DNA of 63,491 nt, counting the filler, from Sphacelaria rigidula (lineage: Eukaryota): the NCBI GenBank assembly GCA_964200075.2. It is 11 parts of 11 records of this genome, joined end to end, with 100 filler letters (N's around TTAATTAATTAA, not from the genome) between each part and the next. Parts side by side here need not be neighbours in the genome. Positions count along the whole stretch, not along the records: positions 1 to 5,682 come from CAXNAA020025294.1; positions 5,783 to 11,464 come from CAXNAA020025295.1; positions 11,565 to 17,246 come from CAXNAA020025296.1; 8 more parts are not named here. One strand, 5' to 3'. This document shows, piece by piece, positions 1 through 12,400 of this stretch (positions are counted from its first letter, which is position 1; each line of letters opens with the position of its first letter). Position numbers and translations under genes: made by a program. The notes under the pieces were generated by a model. That model saw only the letters and a list, made by a program, of their open reading frames with translations, was not told the origin of the DNA and searched no databases.

Positions 1-96
1 AACCGGACCCAACTGCATCAAAACGAGAAACTTTCACTTGACTCAATTCCACCGCCTCATTTTTTCGATCGACAAAAAAAGTGCTGAGACACGCCC
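1..96. mobile_element. Terminal part of a MITE, possibly PIF/Harbinger (Tourist-like); same family as 45113-45906
   Basis: Reverse-complement match to 45113-45205. Ends ...aaagtgctgagacacgccc followed by TAA. Confidence 0.5.
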
Positions 97-2663
97 TAAA
101 TAGATTCATGTATCAACAAGAACAGGGCGAGTTGGTGCAGATTTCTTCAGATACGGGTCCCACTCTGTGCGCATCGGTCTTGAAACACACATCCTCGTCT
201 GTTGTACAAGAAATATGCTGTTTGCTGCTAGGGGTTCGACACTGCGTACCAACCGCGACGTTACGCCTTTGGTGGTACTACCTGCTCACTGCACAGCAGC
301 AGGGTGCAGGGTAACAAAGCACACCACAGAACGCCACCTCCTCAGCCTACCCCTGTGCTGCATTGATTTCGCGCTGTCCTTCGCAGTTCGCCACATCATG
401 CACGCAACTGCTTGTATCTGCGGTCAACGTGCACGCGGGATATCATTTTGTAAAGCTCTTCGAGTTGTAGCTACAGCGTGTGTTTGCCCCAGGTTGCGCA
501 CGCAGGAGTGAAAGGCCGCCTCTGCTGCTGTCATGGCTGCCTGTATCCTGGGCGAGAATAAAATTATTTGCGCGAAGGACGATTATGTCTGAGCGTTCAA
601 GATCAGCACCTTGCGAGCACTGAGGGCTCGTTCGAAATCAGCCGAAGAACTAAAACATGGGACATGTCGTGTCTCACTGTACTGCAGCACAAACACACTC
701 ACGTCCGCTCTCATGTGCTGTAGCTATCACTGTTCTGGGGTGTGTTTAGACCTTGCGAAGACAGTTTGGTCTCCGCTGAGATTGCTTGATGTGCTGTCTT
801 GTTGTGTTCGTCTCTCTGTAACCAAGCTGTAACATATGGTATCAGTCAGGACGCAGTGCTGTCTACATACTTGACTGTTGAAAAATTAAAATTTCATGTC
901 ACCCGGACCCATCACTTGCGCGATACCGAGCACTGCTGGGTAAAGGCACGCAACCAGCACCAGTATACACCGCTCGACCGGCTGGCCCAGACCCCATGCT
1001 CCAATGAAAGGAGCGATGCACAGCACTGTGCGGATATACTGCACCGCCAGGGTACTGCTTGCACCCGTCAGCATGACGGCTGCTGCCGTTGGCATCGGCG
1101 CCATTGGCATCGGCGCCAGCGCCCGCGGCCACGGCAAGATTAATTTAGCAACAAGAGAAACTGATGCATACTGTATACAGTCCGTCTTTAGTTTCCAAAA
1201 CAAAAGAAAACACTGCAGAACTGCCATGTTGTCTTGTGTTCTGTGTAGTACTCTGCACTCCATACACCACTGCACAGTCATCTTGTTTTCAGTCTACTAC
1301 CCTGTACTCCATATAATAGCGTCATGGTTCGAGCAGTTTGTCGAAAATTTCTCCTTGTTTTTTCAAAAGTTATCCTCGTTTTTTAAACGTATCCGAAGAA
1401 AACGAGAGTGTTTTCTGTCACAGAAATCCAATGCCGAATCTGGAATAGCCTGACACAACAACCGATTTGAAAATTGGAACTGTGGAACATGACTCCTTCA
1501 ACTGGAGCACTGCAGTCGGTGTAACACGAAAAAAAGCATCCGTATCATTGAAAAAAAACAACACTGGTTGAGATTCATCAGCACCTGTCGCTCAATACAG
1601 TACGAATGAACACCAATAGTGAAAGCAGCTGAAGTTGATGGGTAAGCCCGCAGTGCCTTGGTCGCACCCTTTCAAAGTTATATACGTCGAGGTCGTTCTC
1701 GGCTAATGATACGTGTGATGTTGGGGGTTCCTTGTACCACCCACTACAAACCGTTTCATGTACCACGTGAAATGACACTGGACAGTTAGATGGAGGCCTT
1801 ATGTACGGTGAGGGGGTGTATTGACGATGTAAGAAAAAAATAGAGTTGTAATTCATGTAGGCAAATATATACATATATATCAATTGATTTTTTCTTCCGG
1901 ATGATTGCTGGGCCCCTTTTCTTCGGCCCGAGAGCCACCGTAGTATCCAACAGCGGAGAAACACAGAACTTCTACTGTTGTGCCATCACTGTACTGCCTT
2001 TAGCAAAAGAAGACGTTTTGCCATGATCGTTCTTGCATCAATAATTACAATCTACCCTCGAACGGCTCTGTAGGCAACAACTCAGACTCGTAGTGGCACA
2101 TTGATGATGCATGCATGGGTACGAGGCTATTTGCGGTCAAGGCCTAGGAGCACCTTCAAAGGGCTAGCGTTGTGGTGAAAAGTGCCGTGCCGCTAATTTG
2201 CGGTTGCGGCTCGTTCGAAACCTCCTTTAAATCTCTAAATGAAAAAAAGCCAGGTGCACAGATACTCTGTATATTATTTGTATCTTACATTCATGACAAA
2301 AATGGCATGAAATCGACGGCATGCCAGTGCGACTCTTACGTTTGAACTGTACTGTAATGTGGGTTGCATCGACTCTATTGCGGTATTTTGTGCTGACTGT
2401 ATCACGCCGTTCTCACAGTAAACAATGCACACTGTCTGGCTCACGAAGGCGAGATCAAGAGCTGTGTAGAATCTGCTACGAGCTGGGCTAGCAGTAAATC
2501 CCGCATTCGCTTTCCACACCACAACTTCTCGAGTTTCCCAAATCAGCATGACTTGAGCATATCGCTGTGAACTGCATACCAAGCTGGTAACACACGGCAC
2601 CGCCACTGAATGAAGAAAAATGTCAGGCATAATATACGACCTCAACGACAGAACGAAAAAAAA

Positions 2664-2736
2664 GAGGACCTGTCGAGATTCGAACCTACGACCTCCATAA
2701 CTGGAGTCTCCTGTATCACTTGGATTAAAAGGGCGC
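2664..2736 (-). pseudogene. Degenerate tRNA-like sequence (tRNA pseudogene or SINE head)
   Basis: The minus strand has a B-box/T-loop GGTCGTAGGTTCGAATC followed by an oligo-T run. Acceptor and D stems pair poorly. Confidence 0.35.
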
Positions 2737-3083
2737 GGCTGTGTCACACGAAAAGTGCGATGCGGTGCCCAACTTGAGGTATTTTTGGCCGAGAGTTTAG
2801 CAGGATCTCCTGGACACGAGTGCGTAAAACATTGTCCGGGGTGCAGCCGTATTCATCAATTTTTCACGGAGTTGTAGTATTTTTCCTGTTTTGCTGAAAC
2901 TTCGCTCGTATAACTTCCTGTTTTGGGGGGGGGGGTCTCCTCTGCACCCCCAATCATGTTGCGCGGGTTGATGCTTCAAATGCCGTGTCAAAAATCCGGC
3001 GCCTAATTCTTTGAATTACCAATCGCATCGCTAGCATTCATTAAAAAATCACTGTCAGCTGGCCCAGCTCGTGTGACACGGAG
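2737..3083. mobile_element. ~345-bp MITE with short terminal inverted repeats
   Basis: ctgtgtcacacga (2739) and tcgtgtgacacgg (3069-3081) are inverted. The internal 3000-3070 part resembles 40680-40752 on another contig. Confidence 0.45.
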
Positions 3084-3411
3084 ATGTTTGATAGCCGACA
3101 GGAAACCATTGTTGCGCCATAGTCGCATCGACCACTAGCGTGTGCGCTCTGTTTGCCGTGCAAACCTGATCAAAAGAGAGCGCACATTAGAATTACCTTC
3201 ATCTCTCACGATCCTTCTTCGTGTTGTAATGGCACACTGCAGCCCAAGCCTATTTTCCCCCTTATATTGCAGAAACACGCCCGCACTGCACGCCTGATAT
3301 AACAGCAATCGCCTAGTTTACACGCCGGTCTCCTGATGCACGTCCTGTGCAACAGGAAGATGAGCATCACATTGTACGTACCGTGGAACACCCTTTGTTT
3401 TGCATATGCAG

Positions 3412-4160
3412 GTGAAATACGTGGCGACACTGGCGGAGCTGGATGCAATTCTCGCGACCAGTGGCGATGCGATTGTCTGCATAGACTTCACGGCCACCTG
3501 GTGCGGGCCGTGCCAGCAGATTGCCCCCGCCTTCGAAATGATGTCCACGGAGTTACCGGATGTCGTGTTCCTCAAGGTTGACGTCGACGAGAATGAGGTA
3601 TGCTTTTCGAGTAATTTATCGGAGGTGATGGAAGCAACACCTCCTCGTGACGAATTTTTCGATAGGGTTTTGGATTCCTTCACGCACTAATGGAGAGTAG
3701 TACCCCGTAAGTTGACCACACACACCACCTGCCGTGTGTTCGTCTCCTTGGTTTAGATGATAGCCTTCTGAGCATCTCCCCCCCCCCCCTTTCGCGCAAG
3801 CGTTTCCCAACACCAGTCACCTGTCTTGTGTCACTTCGAACGCGGCGTGCTTGCAGATTGAAACGTGAACCATTTCTCCATTCTTGTCTCTTTGCGTTGT
3901 CTCTTGACTCTGTCGACCCCATGTATCAGGAAACCGCCCAAAAGTACGATGTGAACCAGATGCCCACGTTCATCTTGATTCAAAGGGGCGAGGTTGTGGA
4001 TCAATTCTCGGGAGCGAACGTGGCGGTTTTACGACAAAAGTTAGAGGGACTCGTGAAAGGAGACGGGGGCGCCGGGGTGACCGCTCATGCGCAGGTGGAG
4101 GACGAAGAAGAGCAGGAAGAGGAGAGTGACGAAGGGCATGATGCAAAAGAAGAGGAATAG
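3412..4160 (+). CDS. Thioredoxin (WCGPC) with Glu/Asp-rich C-terminal tail; exons 3412-3597 and 3930-4160, start-codon exon not located
   Basis: VKYVATLAELDAIL...IDFTATWCGPCQQIAP...FLKVDVDENE | ETAQKYDVNQMPTFILIQRGEVVDQFSGAN. The GT-AG intron 3598-3929 is phase 0, and a CAG acceptor precedes 3412. Confidence 0.93.
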
Positions 4161-5682
4161 GATCATGTAGGCAAACATTCGAGTCCGCTGTGGAGCGTCA
4201 GCCAGATTGGTGGTGTGGTTCGTCAAGATTCGACCCCATTCTTCAGTTCGGCGACGATGACGAGTTATCATATCTGCCTAGTGTGCCTCGCCTGATATCA
4301 GTGTATCATATACAGTAGTATGCGTTGAGGAATGCACGAGGGCGATGCTCGTGGACGTTGGTTGTCGATTTTGCTTGTGGGGCGTCGATGCTTGGGGCCT
4401 ACATGTGTAGCAGCAGACGAGACAAGCGAAGACGTGGAGAATACTAGTTTGAAATATTTTCGACCTCGAGGAACTCAAGTATATTTCCACTCAAATGCGG
4501 GAGTATATGTAAACATTTCGCTTTTCATCGTCACGACTACGACGTGGGTCGACCTCGCGATTGTGATGGCGTGTTGGATTTTCAACGCGTATTTGGTATG
4601 TGATATTTGGTTTGTTGAAGCTTCTTGTGCACCTGATGTCATGAGAACATCGATATGTAGGGAGTATTGTCATCCGCATCTGTCCCGCCCGCCATCTCCA
4701 TATAATGGTGGATGGGCTTGAGAACGGCCAAATCGACTTAGAACCGTGTCAGCGAGAGGAACTTATAAATACTTAATGTTTTTGAGAGAAATTAGTGAAC
4801 TGGCGAGTGTTGCGTTATCATGATGTACCGACAGACGACATCGACTAATCACCCGAAAGCCTTTGCGAATCGATCGAAAGGTATGTAGGTGGTCAGGGTA
4901 AGGTACAGCACAACAGGTAACCTGGATTGACAGGGTGTTTTCAGTCCTCGGTGCCCCGACGGCACGCAGGGTGTTCAATGTCGAAAGTGCAGAATGTTGT
5001 AGGATACCCGGGGTATCGGAATCCGAAACACGGGTATCAGCGTAATCGACACCTCAACAGTGGACAATGACCCGTACCATTACGCGCTGGGCCAGCCTAA
5101 AAACGAATTTGGGGTTTGCAGGTCCATTCGCAATTTAAATCTTCGAGTTGGACCGTAAAATTTGTTGTGGACAATCAACAGGGCATAATAAAAAAAATTA
5201 CACGTGGGGCCGATAGTGCCCAAAACAAATCCGAGACCCTAAGCCCTTTTTTTGAATCCTGGAGTTTTTCGGGGGGCGGAGGGGGTTACTGAATCCCATA
5301 CAATAAATAAAATAAAAATGAAAATTCGTGTTAATGAAGCTTGAATTCTTCGCATACATTCGGAGCCAAGGCCAAGTTATGTTCATGAGTTCCGGCAATA
5401 CATTGCACATCACACTTCCACGACAAGAACAAGATTAGACGAATATCTCAATGCTCTGCAATGCTTGCTCAATCAAGCTAAACGCATTTATCTGCACCGC
5501 CAATTTGCATTCAATGTGCGTCGCATGTTATGGTGGCAGATAGGGCCAACAGTCATGGGCGCTACCTCACCCGAGTCGCCCCAAAATGGCTATTTATTGA
5601 GTGTTTCTCCATGTGAAAAAAAAATCCTACAACCGCCGGAGGGGGGGAGGCGTACAGATTTGTTGCTTGCCTTAGTCGTTTG

Positions 5683-5782
5683 NNNNNNNNNNNNNNNNNN
5701 NNNNNNNNNNNNNNNNNNNNNNNNNNTTAATTAATTAANNNNNNNNNNNNNNNNNNNNNNNNNNNNNNNNNNNNNNNNNNNN
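5683..5782. other. Artificial contig linker N44-TTAATTAATTAA-N44 (also 11465-11564, 17247-17346, 23029-23128, 28810-28909, 34591-34690, 40372-40471, 46152-46251, 51932-52031, 57712-57811)
   Basis: Identical 100-nt spacers with six-frame stops. Intervening contig lengths are 5682 x4, 5681 x3 and 5680 x4. Confidence 0.98.
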
Positions 5783-6698
5783 TGCTCGAGTATTTACTCT
5801 ACTCGACGTTTGAGTAGGTCGAGTACGGCCTCAATAGTCTACTCAAATTTTGAGTACGTCGAGTACGAACTCAAATACTCTACTCGAATACTGAGTAAGC
5901 ACTCTCAGCAATACTCGAGTATTGAGTATCACTTTAGTATGATGGCCTCAATACTCTACTCAAATTTTTAGTACGTTGAGTATGATGTCAAATACTCTAC
6001 TCGAGTTTTTAGTACGTCGAGTACGGCCTCAAAAATTCGCTCAATTTTTGAGTAGATCGAGTACGACCTCTAATACTCTACTTAAATATTGAGGAAGCAC
6101 TCTCAGTAATACTTGAGTATAGAGTACCCCTTGGATATGGTGAGTACCCCTGACTGTCGGCGACGTCGTGACGTCACTTTACAGGCTATGTTGAATGCAT
6201 GGGCAAACGATGGCCTTAAGAGAAAAAAAAGTGCGGGTGAATGAACGTACCTGCCCCATCTCACCAGCCCCCACCCACGGCAGTTCATACTCGATACCTC
6301 TCAACGCCTTCGATATTACTTTCAGTACAGAGCGCTACTTATCATTATGGAGTAATCAGATAGACGAGTAGTCGAGTAGGTATTGTCAAAATGAGCAACT
6401 CTACTGGCCACACATGTGACTCCTCCATGGGAGGGTCAGCGGTGGAAACAGTGCAGAACAGGAAAACATCGCAACAGTCGCCAGAAGAAGGAAGACGTTG
6501 AAGTTATAGGTTTTGGTACATCGGACCCGGCCTCCGATACGATACTCATGTGTTGATCAGGTCGAGCACGGCCTCAAATACCCTACTCAAATTTTGAGTA
6601 CAGGGGTACGACCGCAAATACTCTACCCAATTTTTGAGTAGATTGAGTACGACCTCAAATACTGAAAAAATACTGAGCATTGAGTATACTCTACTCGA
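5783..6698 (+). repeat. ~40-bp GAGTAC/TACTC minisatellite arrays (5783-6130 and 6560-6698); left arm of a foldback-like structure
   Basis: Repeated unit ~gagtacgacctcaaatactctactcaaattttgagta. Confidence 0.85.
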
Positions 6699-6704
6699 CC
6701 TACC

Positions 6705-6992
6705 GTTGAAACGTTACATTCGAACGTGACACGTGTCAACGTCACGTTACACAATACGTGACACGTGACAATATCACGTTACATATTACGTTACATGTAA
6801 CGGAACGTCACGTTAAATTTTTTCAACGCGTTAAACGCCACGCTCACGTTACGTTAAATTTCCAGATGGCACGTTCACGTAACGTTAAATTTTCCAAATG
6901 TGACACGCGTCACGTGTCACGTTACGTTAAATGTTACGAACGTGATTCACGTCACGTTCACGTTCACGTTCACGTTCACGTGTTACGTATCC
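6705..6992. repeat. ACGT-rich cryptic repeat (cacgtt/aacgtg/cacgtg)
   Basis: Dense ACGT cores, including a (cacgtt)n run at about 6953-6980. Confidence 0.75.
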
Positions 6993-7017
6993 CTCCCCGG
7001 AAATTTCAGCAGAGTTC

Positions 7018-7565
7018 ATACTCAAGTGACTCTATACTCGAGTATTACTGAGAGTGTTTACTCAATATTCGAATGAAGTACTTGAGGTCGTACTCGATCT
7101 ACTCGAACGTTGAGTAGAGTATTTGATGCGGTACTCGATCTACTCAAAATTTGAGTAGAGTTTTTGAGATCATACTCAATCTACTCGAAATTTCAGTGAG
7201 TATTGAGGTCACACTCGAGTAATACTCTATACCCAAGTATTACTGAGGGCGTTTATTCAATGTTCGAATGGAGTAGTTGAGCTCGAACTCGATCTACCCA
7301 CACGTTGAGTAGAGTATTCGAGATCATACTCAATCTACTCGAAACTTGAGAAGAGTATTGAGGTCATACTCAAGTGACACTCTATACTCAAGTATTACTG
7401 CAAGGGTTTATTTAATATTTGAGTGGAGTACTTGAGGTCGTACTCGATCGACTCAAACTTTGAGTAGAGTATTTTAGGCCGTACTCGACCTATTCGAACT
7501 TTTTGTGTAGAGTAAATACTCGAGTATTGTTCTCGAGTACTCCAAAGTACATACTCTACTCGACC
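7018..7565 (-). repeat. Reverse-complement copy of the GAGTAC minisatellite (right arm), with a higher-order period of roughly 150-200 bp
   Basis: actctatactcgagtattactg-like blocks at about 7029, 7224 and 7379. The array is the reverse complement of 5783-6130. Confidence 0.85.
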
Positions 7566-7730
7566 TGCCCTTGCATCTCTATCACGGCCCCCGCCCCCCC
7601 CCCCCGCGCGCCGCACCCGGCACACCACNNNNNNNNNNAGAAAATACCCAATTATTTTTCTCCAGTACCCCAAACTACACACCCCCCCCCCCCCGCCCCC
7701 CCCTCCCTCCCCCCCCCCCCCCCCCCCCCC

Positions 7731-7850
7731 CTCATGCGACTCGCCGAACACATCACGGCACTCCGCGCTTGGTGATTGACTGCGAACCTGGTCCGGCGAA
7801 AACCCGGCGTGCTCCGCCCCAGCTTTGTAGGGATGCGAAGCTCAAAGGTC
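7731..7850 (+). repeat. Dispersed repeat family (also 23820-23945 minus, 24895-24940 minus partial, 40300-40371 plus)
   Basis: Shared core gcgcttggtgattga..gcga.cctggtccggcgaaaacccggcgtgctcc on three contigs. Confidence 0.75.
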
Positions 7851-8399
7851 TCATGACAACGGCATCCAAGATTATGAGTACACCCCCCTCACACCCCCTG
7901 TGACGAGAAGGGGTTCCCACTCGTAACTTTTTAGTTTTCCGTGCACGAGGGTATCTCTTCCTCCCTCTCTCTCCTCTTCTTTTCTTGTGTCTGCTGCATA
8001 TGGTGAATGGATTTCTGCCGACGTCTGCTTTTGGTGAGATATTCCCTCACGATACTACTCCCTCTTCCGCTCCACTGTTTTCGTGTCATCCGTTTGCCCA
8101 CTTACAACTAACTTCGATACATTTCCCACTTTTTATCAATCGAAGATAAAGGAAATTCTTTACCGGTTATCGATCGTTTTATTTTCACGGTGGCCGGCCC
8201 TCGACTCTTGCCCATGCCGAGACACAGTGTGTTGTGTTTTTTTTCATGTCCTCGGAGAATATCCATTTTTTTGGTGTGTCTGTGTGTACAACTGTACTGC
8301 ATTTGACGTTTTGCGTTGTTTTGCGCGTTTGCAACATTCTCCCGTCTGTATATTGTGATGCGTGTGTATGTGTGAACTCAACTGGAACATGACCAAAAG

Positions 8400-9493
8400 G
8401 CACGAGAAGACGCAAGTGAAGAAGGAGAACGACAGAACGCGACTGACGCACATGCAGAACGCCAATGCGGGACCGGTGTTCTTGACCTACCGCCCCGACG
8501 ATGGGGTGGACGAGCTCGTCAGGGAGATCACGAGGTAAGTAAAAGCTTTCGTACGGCAAACACTGGTCATGTTTCAGTATTCGATTTGCACGTTTCGATA
8601 TTCATCTACTCTTCAAGGCGGCTGGTGTAAAAACAAAAAGGCGGGCGCCTTGTAACGGTTGACTAAAAATATAGTGTTGGTACTCGTGTGGTGGGGTATG
8701 GTACCGATTCATGTCTTGTTTTGTTTTTCTTACGCCTCGTAGAGCAGCCCTCTGCAGTTTAGTTTGCCACTGCTGCAGTACTGCGCGCTCCACCAGAGGA
8801 AGATGATCTGTTGATTCATGTTGATCGATCGATCGCTCGAGTGATCGGTTGATTCATGGATGGATGGATAAATGTATAAATGGATGAATGGACGAACGAA
8901 TGGATAAATGCATGGATGAATGAATGAATAAATGAATGGATCGATCATTTGATAGATGGATCGATGGCTGGGTGGATAAATTCATTCGTTGATTCGATTC
9001 CTTGACTCAATTCCTTGACTCCTTGATTCCATTATTAAATGATTCATTGATTCAACGAATCATTGATCCATTGAGTCACTGAGTCGTCGGATTCATTCGA
9101 TTCTTTGATCCATTGAATCATTGCCTCATTGCTTCATCGACTCATTGTCGCATTTACGTATACTGCATGTACACCCGAGTATGTAGTCCATGATATACAA
9201 GAGTGATACATGCGTTTCTCCCCCATCCGCACCCACCCTTTCACCTTTGCCCCAACTTCTTCCCTTACATATATATATTTTTCTCTGTACTTCTCTCTTT
9301 CTGTCTTTTCTTCTTCGTTCTTGGATCGAGGCAGAAGCGAGCCGGAAGTGAAGTTCTCGGCGAGCGACGGGGTGGAACATTGCGTGTGGCCTGTGAAGGA
9401 TCCCGTGGCGGTGTTTGCGATCCAAAGGGCATTCGAGGCTGTACAGACCACGTACATCGCCGACGGTCACCACCGCAGCGCGTCGGCGTTCAG
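8400..9493 (+). CDS. DUF1015-family protein, two internal exons (8400-8534, 9335-9493); gene incomplete on this contig
   Basis: HEKTQVKKENDRTRLTHMQNANAGPVFLTY and ...DGVEHCVW...YIADGHHRSASA match the DUF1015 motifs HExT..KE.DR, GPVFLTY and YIADGHHR. AG/GT boundaries are phase-compatible (phase 2). Confidence 0.85.
8820..9125. repeat. Intronic low-complexity (ATGG/ATGA)n then (TTGA/TTCA)n tract
   Basis: Seen directly; lies inside the DUF1015 intron. Confidence 0.8.
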
Positions 9494-12400
9494 GTACGAT
9501 ACGGAACGGTACGGTGTGGTACGATATGGTATTTATGTTTGACCTTCAATGCATCAGCCATGTTTCACGTGAACCCGCCGTCGAAAGATGCAAGATTCCC
9601 GGGCAAACACGCACGCTTTGTAAAACCATCAGAGGCAACTAGACAAACGGACAGGGCCTGCTAATATGGAACATGACGTGATAGCTGGCAGGCAGGCGCA
9701 GCTACGCCGATGGAATCTGATGTGAAGGTAGATTATATACTTTTTGTGTCGTGCGTATAGAGGATTGCCTTCAATATCGCACTCCGGCGAATTTATTTAC
9801 TAAAAAAACTGTTTTTTTATTGCTTTTGTTTTGTTCTGATTATCCTCTTGTTTTTTTTTCTTTCCCGTCGTATATGTTTTTCATAGCCTACTCTGTCTGT
9901 TCTACCTTTCCTATTTCCTTCACTTCACTTTTTTTCAGCTATTGTTTTTATTTCGTTTCATCTAGGGTACGTCTGTCAAAGGGCGACAGCCAATCAGTCA
10001 GTCAACTCGTACTAGAAAGCCGTGGTCTTGACAAAAATGTTCCGAAAAAGACCGTCATGAAGTTTTTGGGACCGGCTCCCGACTACCCAGAGGAGAGGAT
10101 CTGGTCTGCACGCAGCGTCCATATATGAATTTGCATGTCATTTTTAGGCGTTTTCAAGTAACGATCCACCCCGGTCTCAAGAAGGCAGTAGTGTTCACCA
10201 GTTGATCGATTGGAACCTTCCCAGGATTCTATTACTTGATTTGATTGTAAGCACCGATATTCGGATATTTAGGGGCGCTGACAGCCCCAATCGCCCCCCG
10301 CGTGCGCAAAACGCGTTTTCGTCGAAGTCGGCGGCGCCGTTTTGAGGTCCGCCAAGTCCACACTTTGCCTAGGGAACTCTTCGCACCCCCCTCTCCCGAG
10401 GGTTCTCTTCATGCCTTGGGTTGGGGTCAGGGTTTGAGCGTTAGGCGTTTATTAATAAAAATATGTTTCCGAGAAATTCCTTCACTGACCAAGTGGTGAA
10501 CACGCCTCCTTAGAGGGTTATATGGGGGGAGTGGGTTAGCACGGCGACCTTCAAGAGGAGAAACCGTTGCATCATCTCTTGAACGTAAAACCTCGTCAGA
10601 CAGACTGACCGTCAGAAACCCGTGGAAAATAATTGTTTTGGGTGACACGGTTGGATGATGTTTTTGGTTTGGTTTGATGGTCGCACTTTGACAGATCGAT
10701 CGATCCCCCAGGGATCCAGCCGTGATGGCATGATGTAGACGCACTCGAGACAAGGACAAGACTGAAACACGTCCTGAAAAAAGTGAAAAGAGAAAAATAA
10801 CAGGAACAGAAAAGGTAGAACAGACACAAATGGTAGAATGAGAAAGGGAAAGAAGAAAAGAAACAGGAAAAGAGGGGGGAAGAATAAAAAAAAAATGGCC
10901 CATTTCTGCCACATGGCTTTGGTGGAAAAGGTCTTGCGCAAAAACCACCCTCATTTCCGATTGTAGAAGACAAGATGGTCGCGGGAAAGGATTGCAGCTC
11001 ATTTACTACGACCTCATTGTATTGGGTGGGTGTAAAACCTCACGTTCATGAGCCCTACGGAAGCGGGGCACCGAACTGATGTGGTATACACCGGCAGTAA
11101 AGGACACATACATGGAGAGAAATATGAGGGGAGGGAGAACGGTGAACAAGGAGACTACAGAAGTGGTGGAATCCGAGGGGTTCAGAGGTGCAGAGCAGGT
11201 GCAGAGCAGGTGCAAACGCACACCAGGGGGGACAATGCAGAACCACCAAGGACGGAATCTACAAACCGATAGGGACAGCCAGAAGTCTCCGATAGGCGGC
11301 TCTCGACGCAGCAGCCTCTCCGTTGTGACGGCAGTCTGATTTCTCGTTTGTCTCGACTGCTGTTCGGTCGGGGGAGGGGGGGGGGGGGGTAGCAGCCTTG
11401 TGCTGAACGAGCGTAACTGAGTCTGTCTGACGGGGGTTGCCGGGGGGGGGGGGGGCGGGTCATGNNNNNNNNNNNNNNNNNNNNNNNNNNNNNNNNNNNN
11501 NNNNNNNNTTAATTAATTAANNNNNNNNNNNNNNNNNNNNNNNNNNNNNNNNNNNNNNNNNNNNTGTTCAGTCACACCTAACAGTTAGTTCTGCTATGTA
11601 AACAAAAGACGTACAGCAATCACCCAACCGAGAAAACCACTAGCTTGTATTCAACGCGGACACATACCGTCCTCGATGTACCGTGCTTCCGTGTCCCGGC
11701 GTGGCCTGGTGGGGGATAAACGGTCGCCACTCAATTTAGCGCCGTTTCTCTCGGTGATGACACATATACCCAGGACAAGGGTGTGGGATGAAGGCAATAA
11801 AGTATAAGGTCAGCCAGGGTCAGCACAAGTTGGGAACACTGAGTACATGAAGATAAGAGCATACCTTGGTCTTGTCACTCCTGTCGCGTATCGACTCGTT
11901 CCGTGTCGAGCACTGAATTCGACACATAACTTATGATATAAATAAGGGTACGAAAAGGACTCCATCACTCAATGCAACAAGTATAGACATCAGTACGCGA
12001 GGAATTGTACGTGTGTAGAATATGCACTGCGACTAAAATCCCAAAATACAAAATATGCGAGACCCACTGAACTTGTGTTTTTCTCAGGACAAAAACGGTC
12101 ACCGCAAAAATGATATCCGGTGATGCAGTACAAGCGAAAACACAACGGTGACAAACACAAACACGATAAAATATAGTCAGCGAGGTTGAGCACACAATAC
12201 AATGTCAGAGTTCCCAAAAGCTAAACTGTCACCGCAAGGATGAAACCCTATGGTGTACGGGCAGCGAGAGCGTCGGTAAGGTGAGAAGCCGGACGCAAGG
12301 GTTGTCGCCGGAGAAAGCCCAGGAGCATTGCGGATGAGTGGCAATTCAGCATGTATTGTGGTCATTACATGTGCTCTTCTCCAGAGTTGTAGTGCTCGTG

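Noticed and set aside
5727..5738. Periodic TTAATTAATTAA motif every ~5.78 kb as a biological repeat
   Set aside because: It is an assembly linker embedded in Ns.
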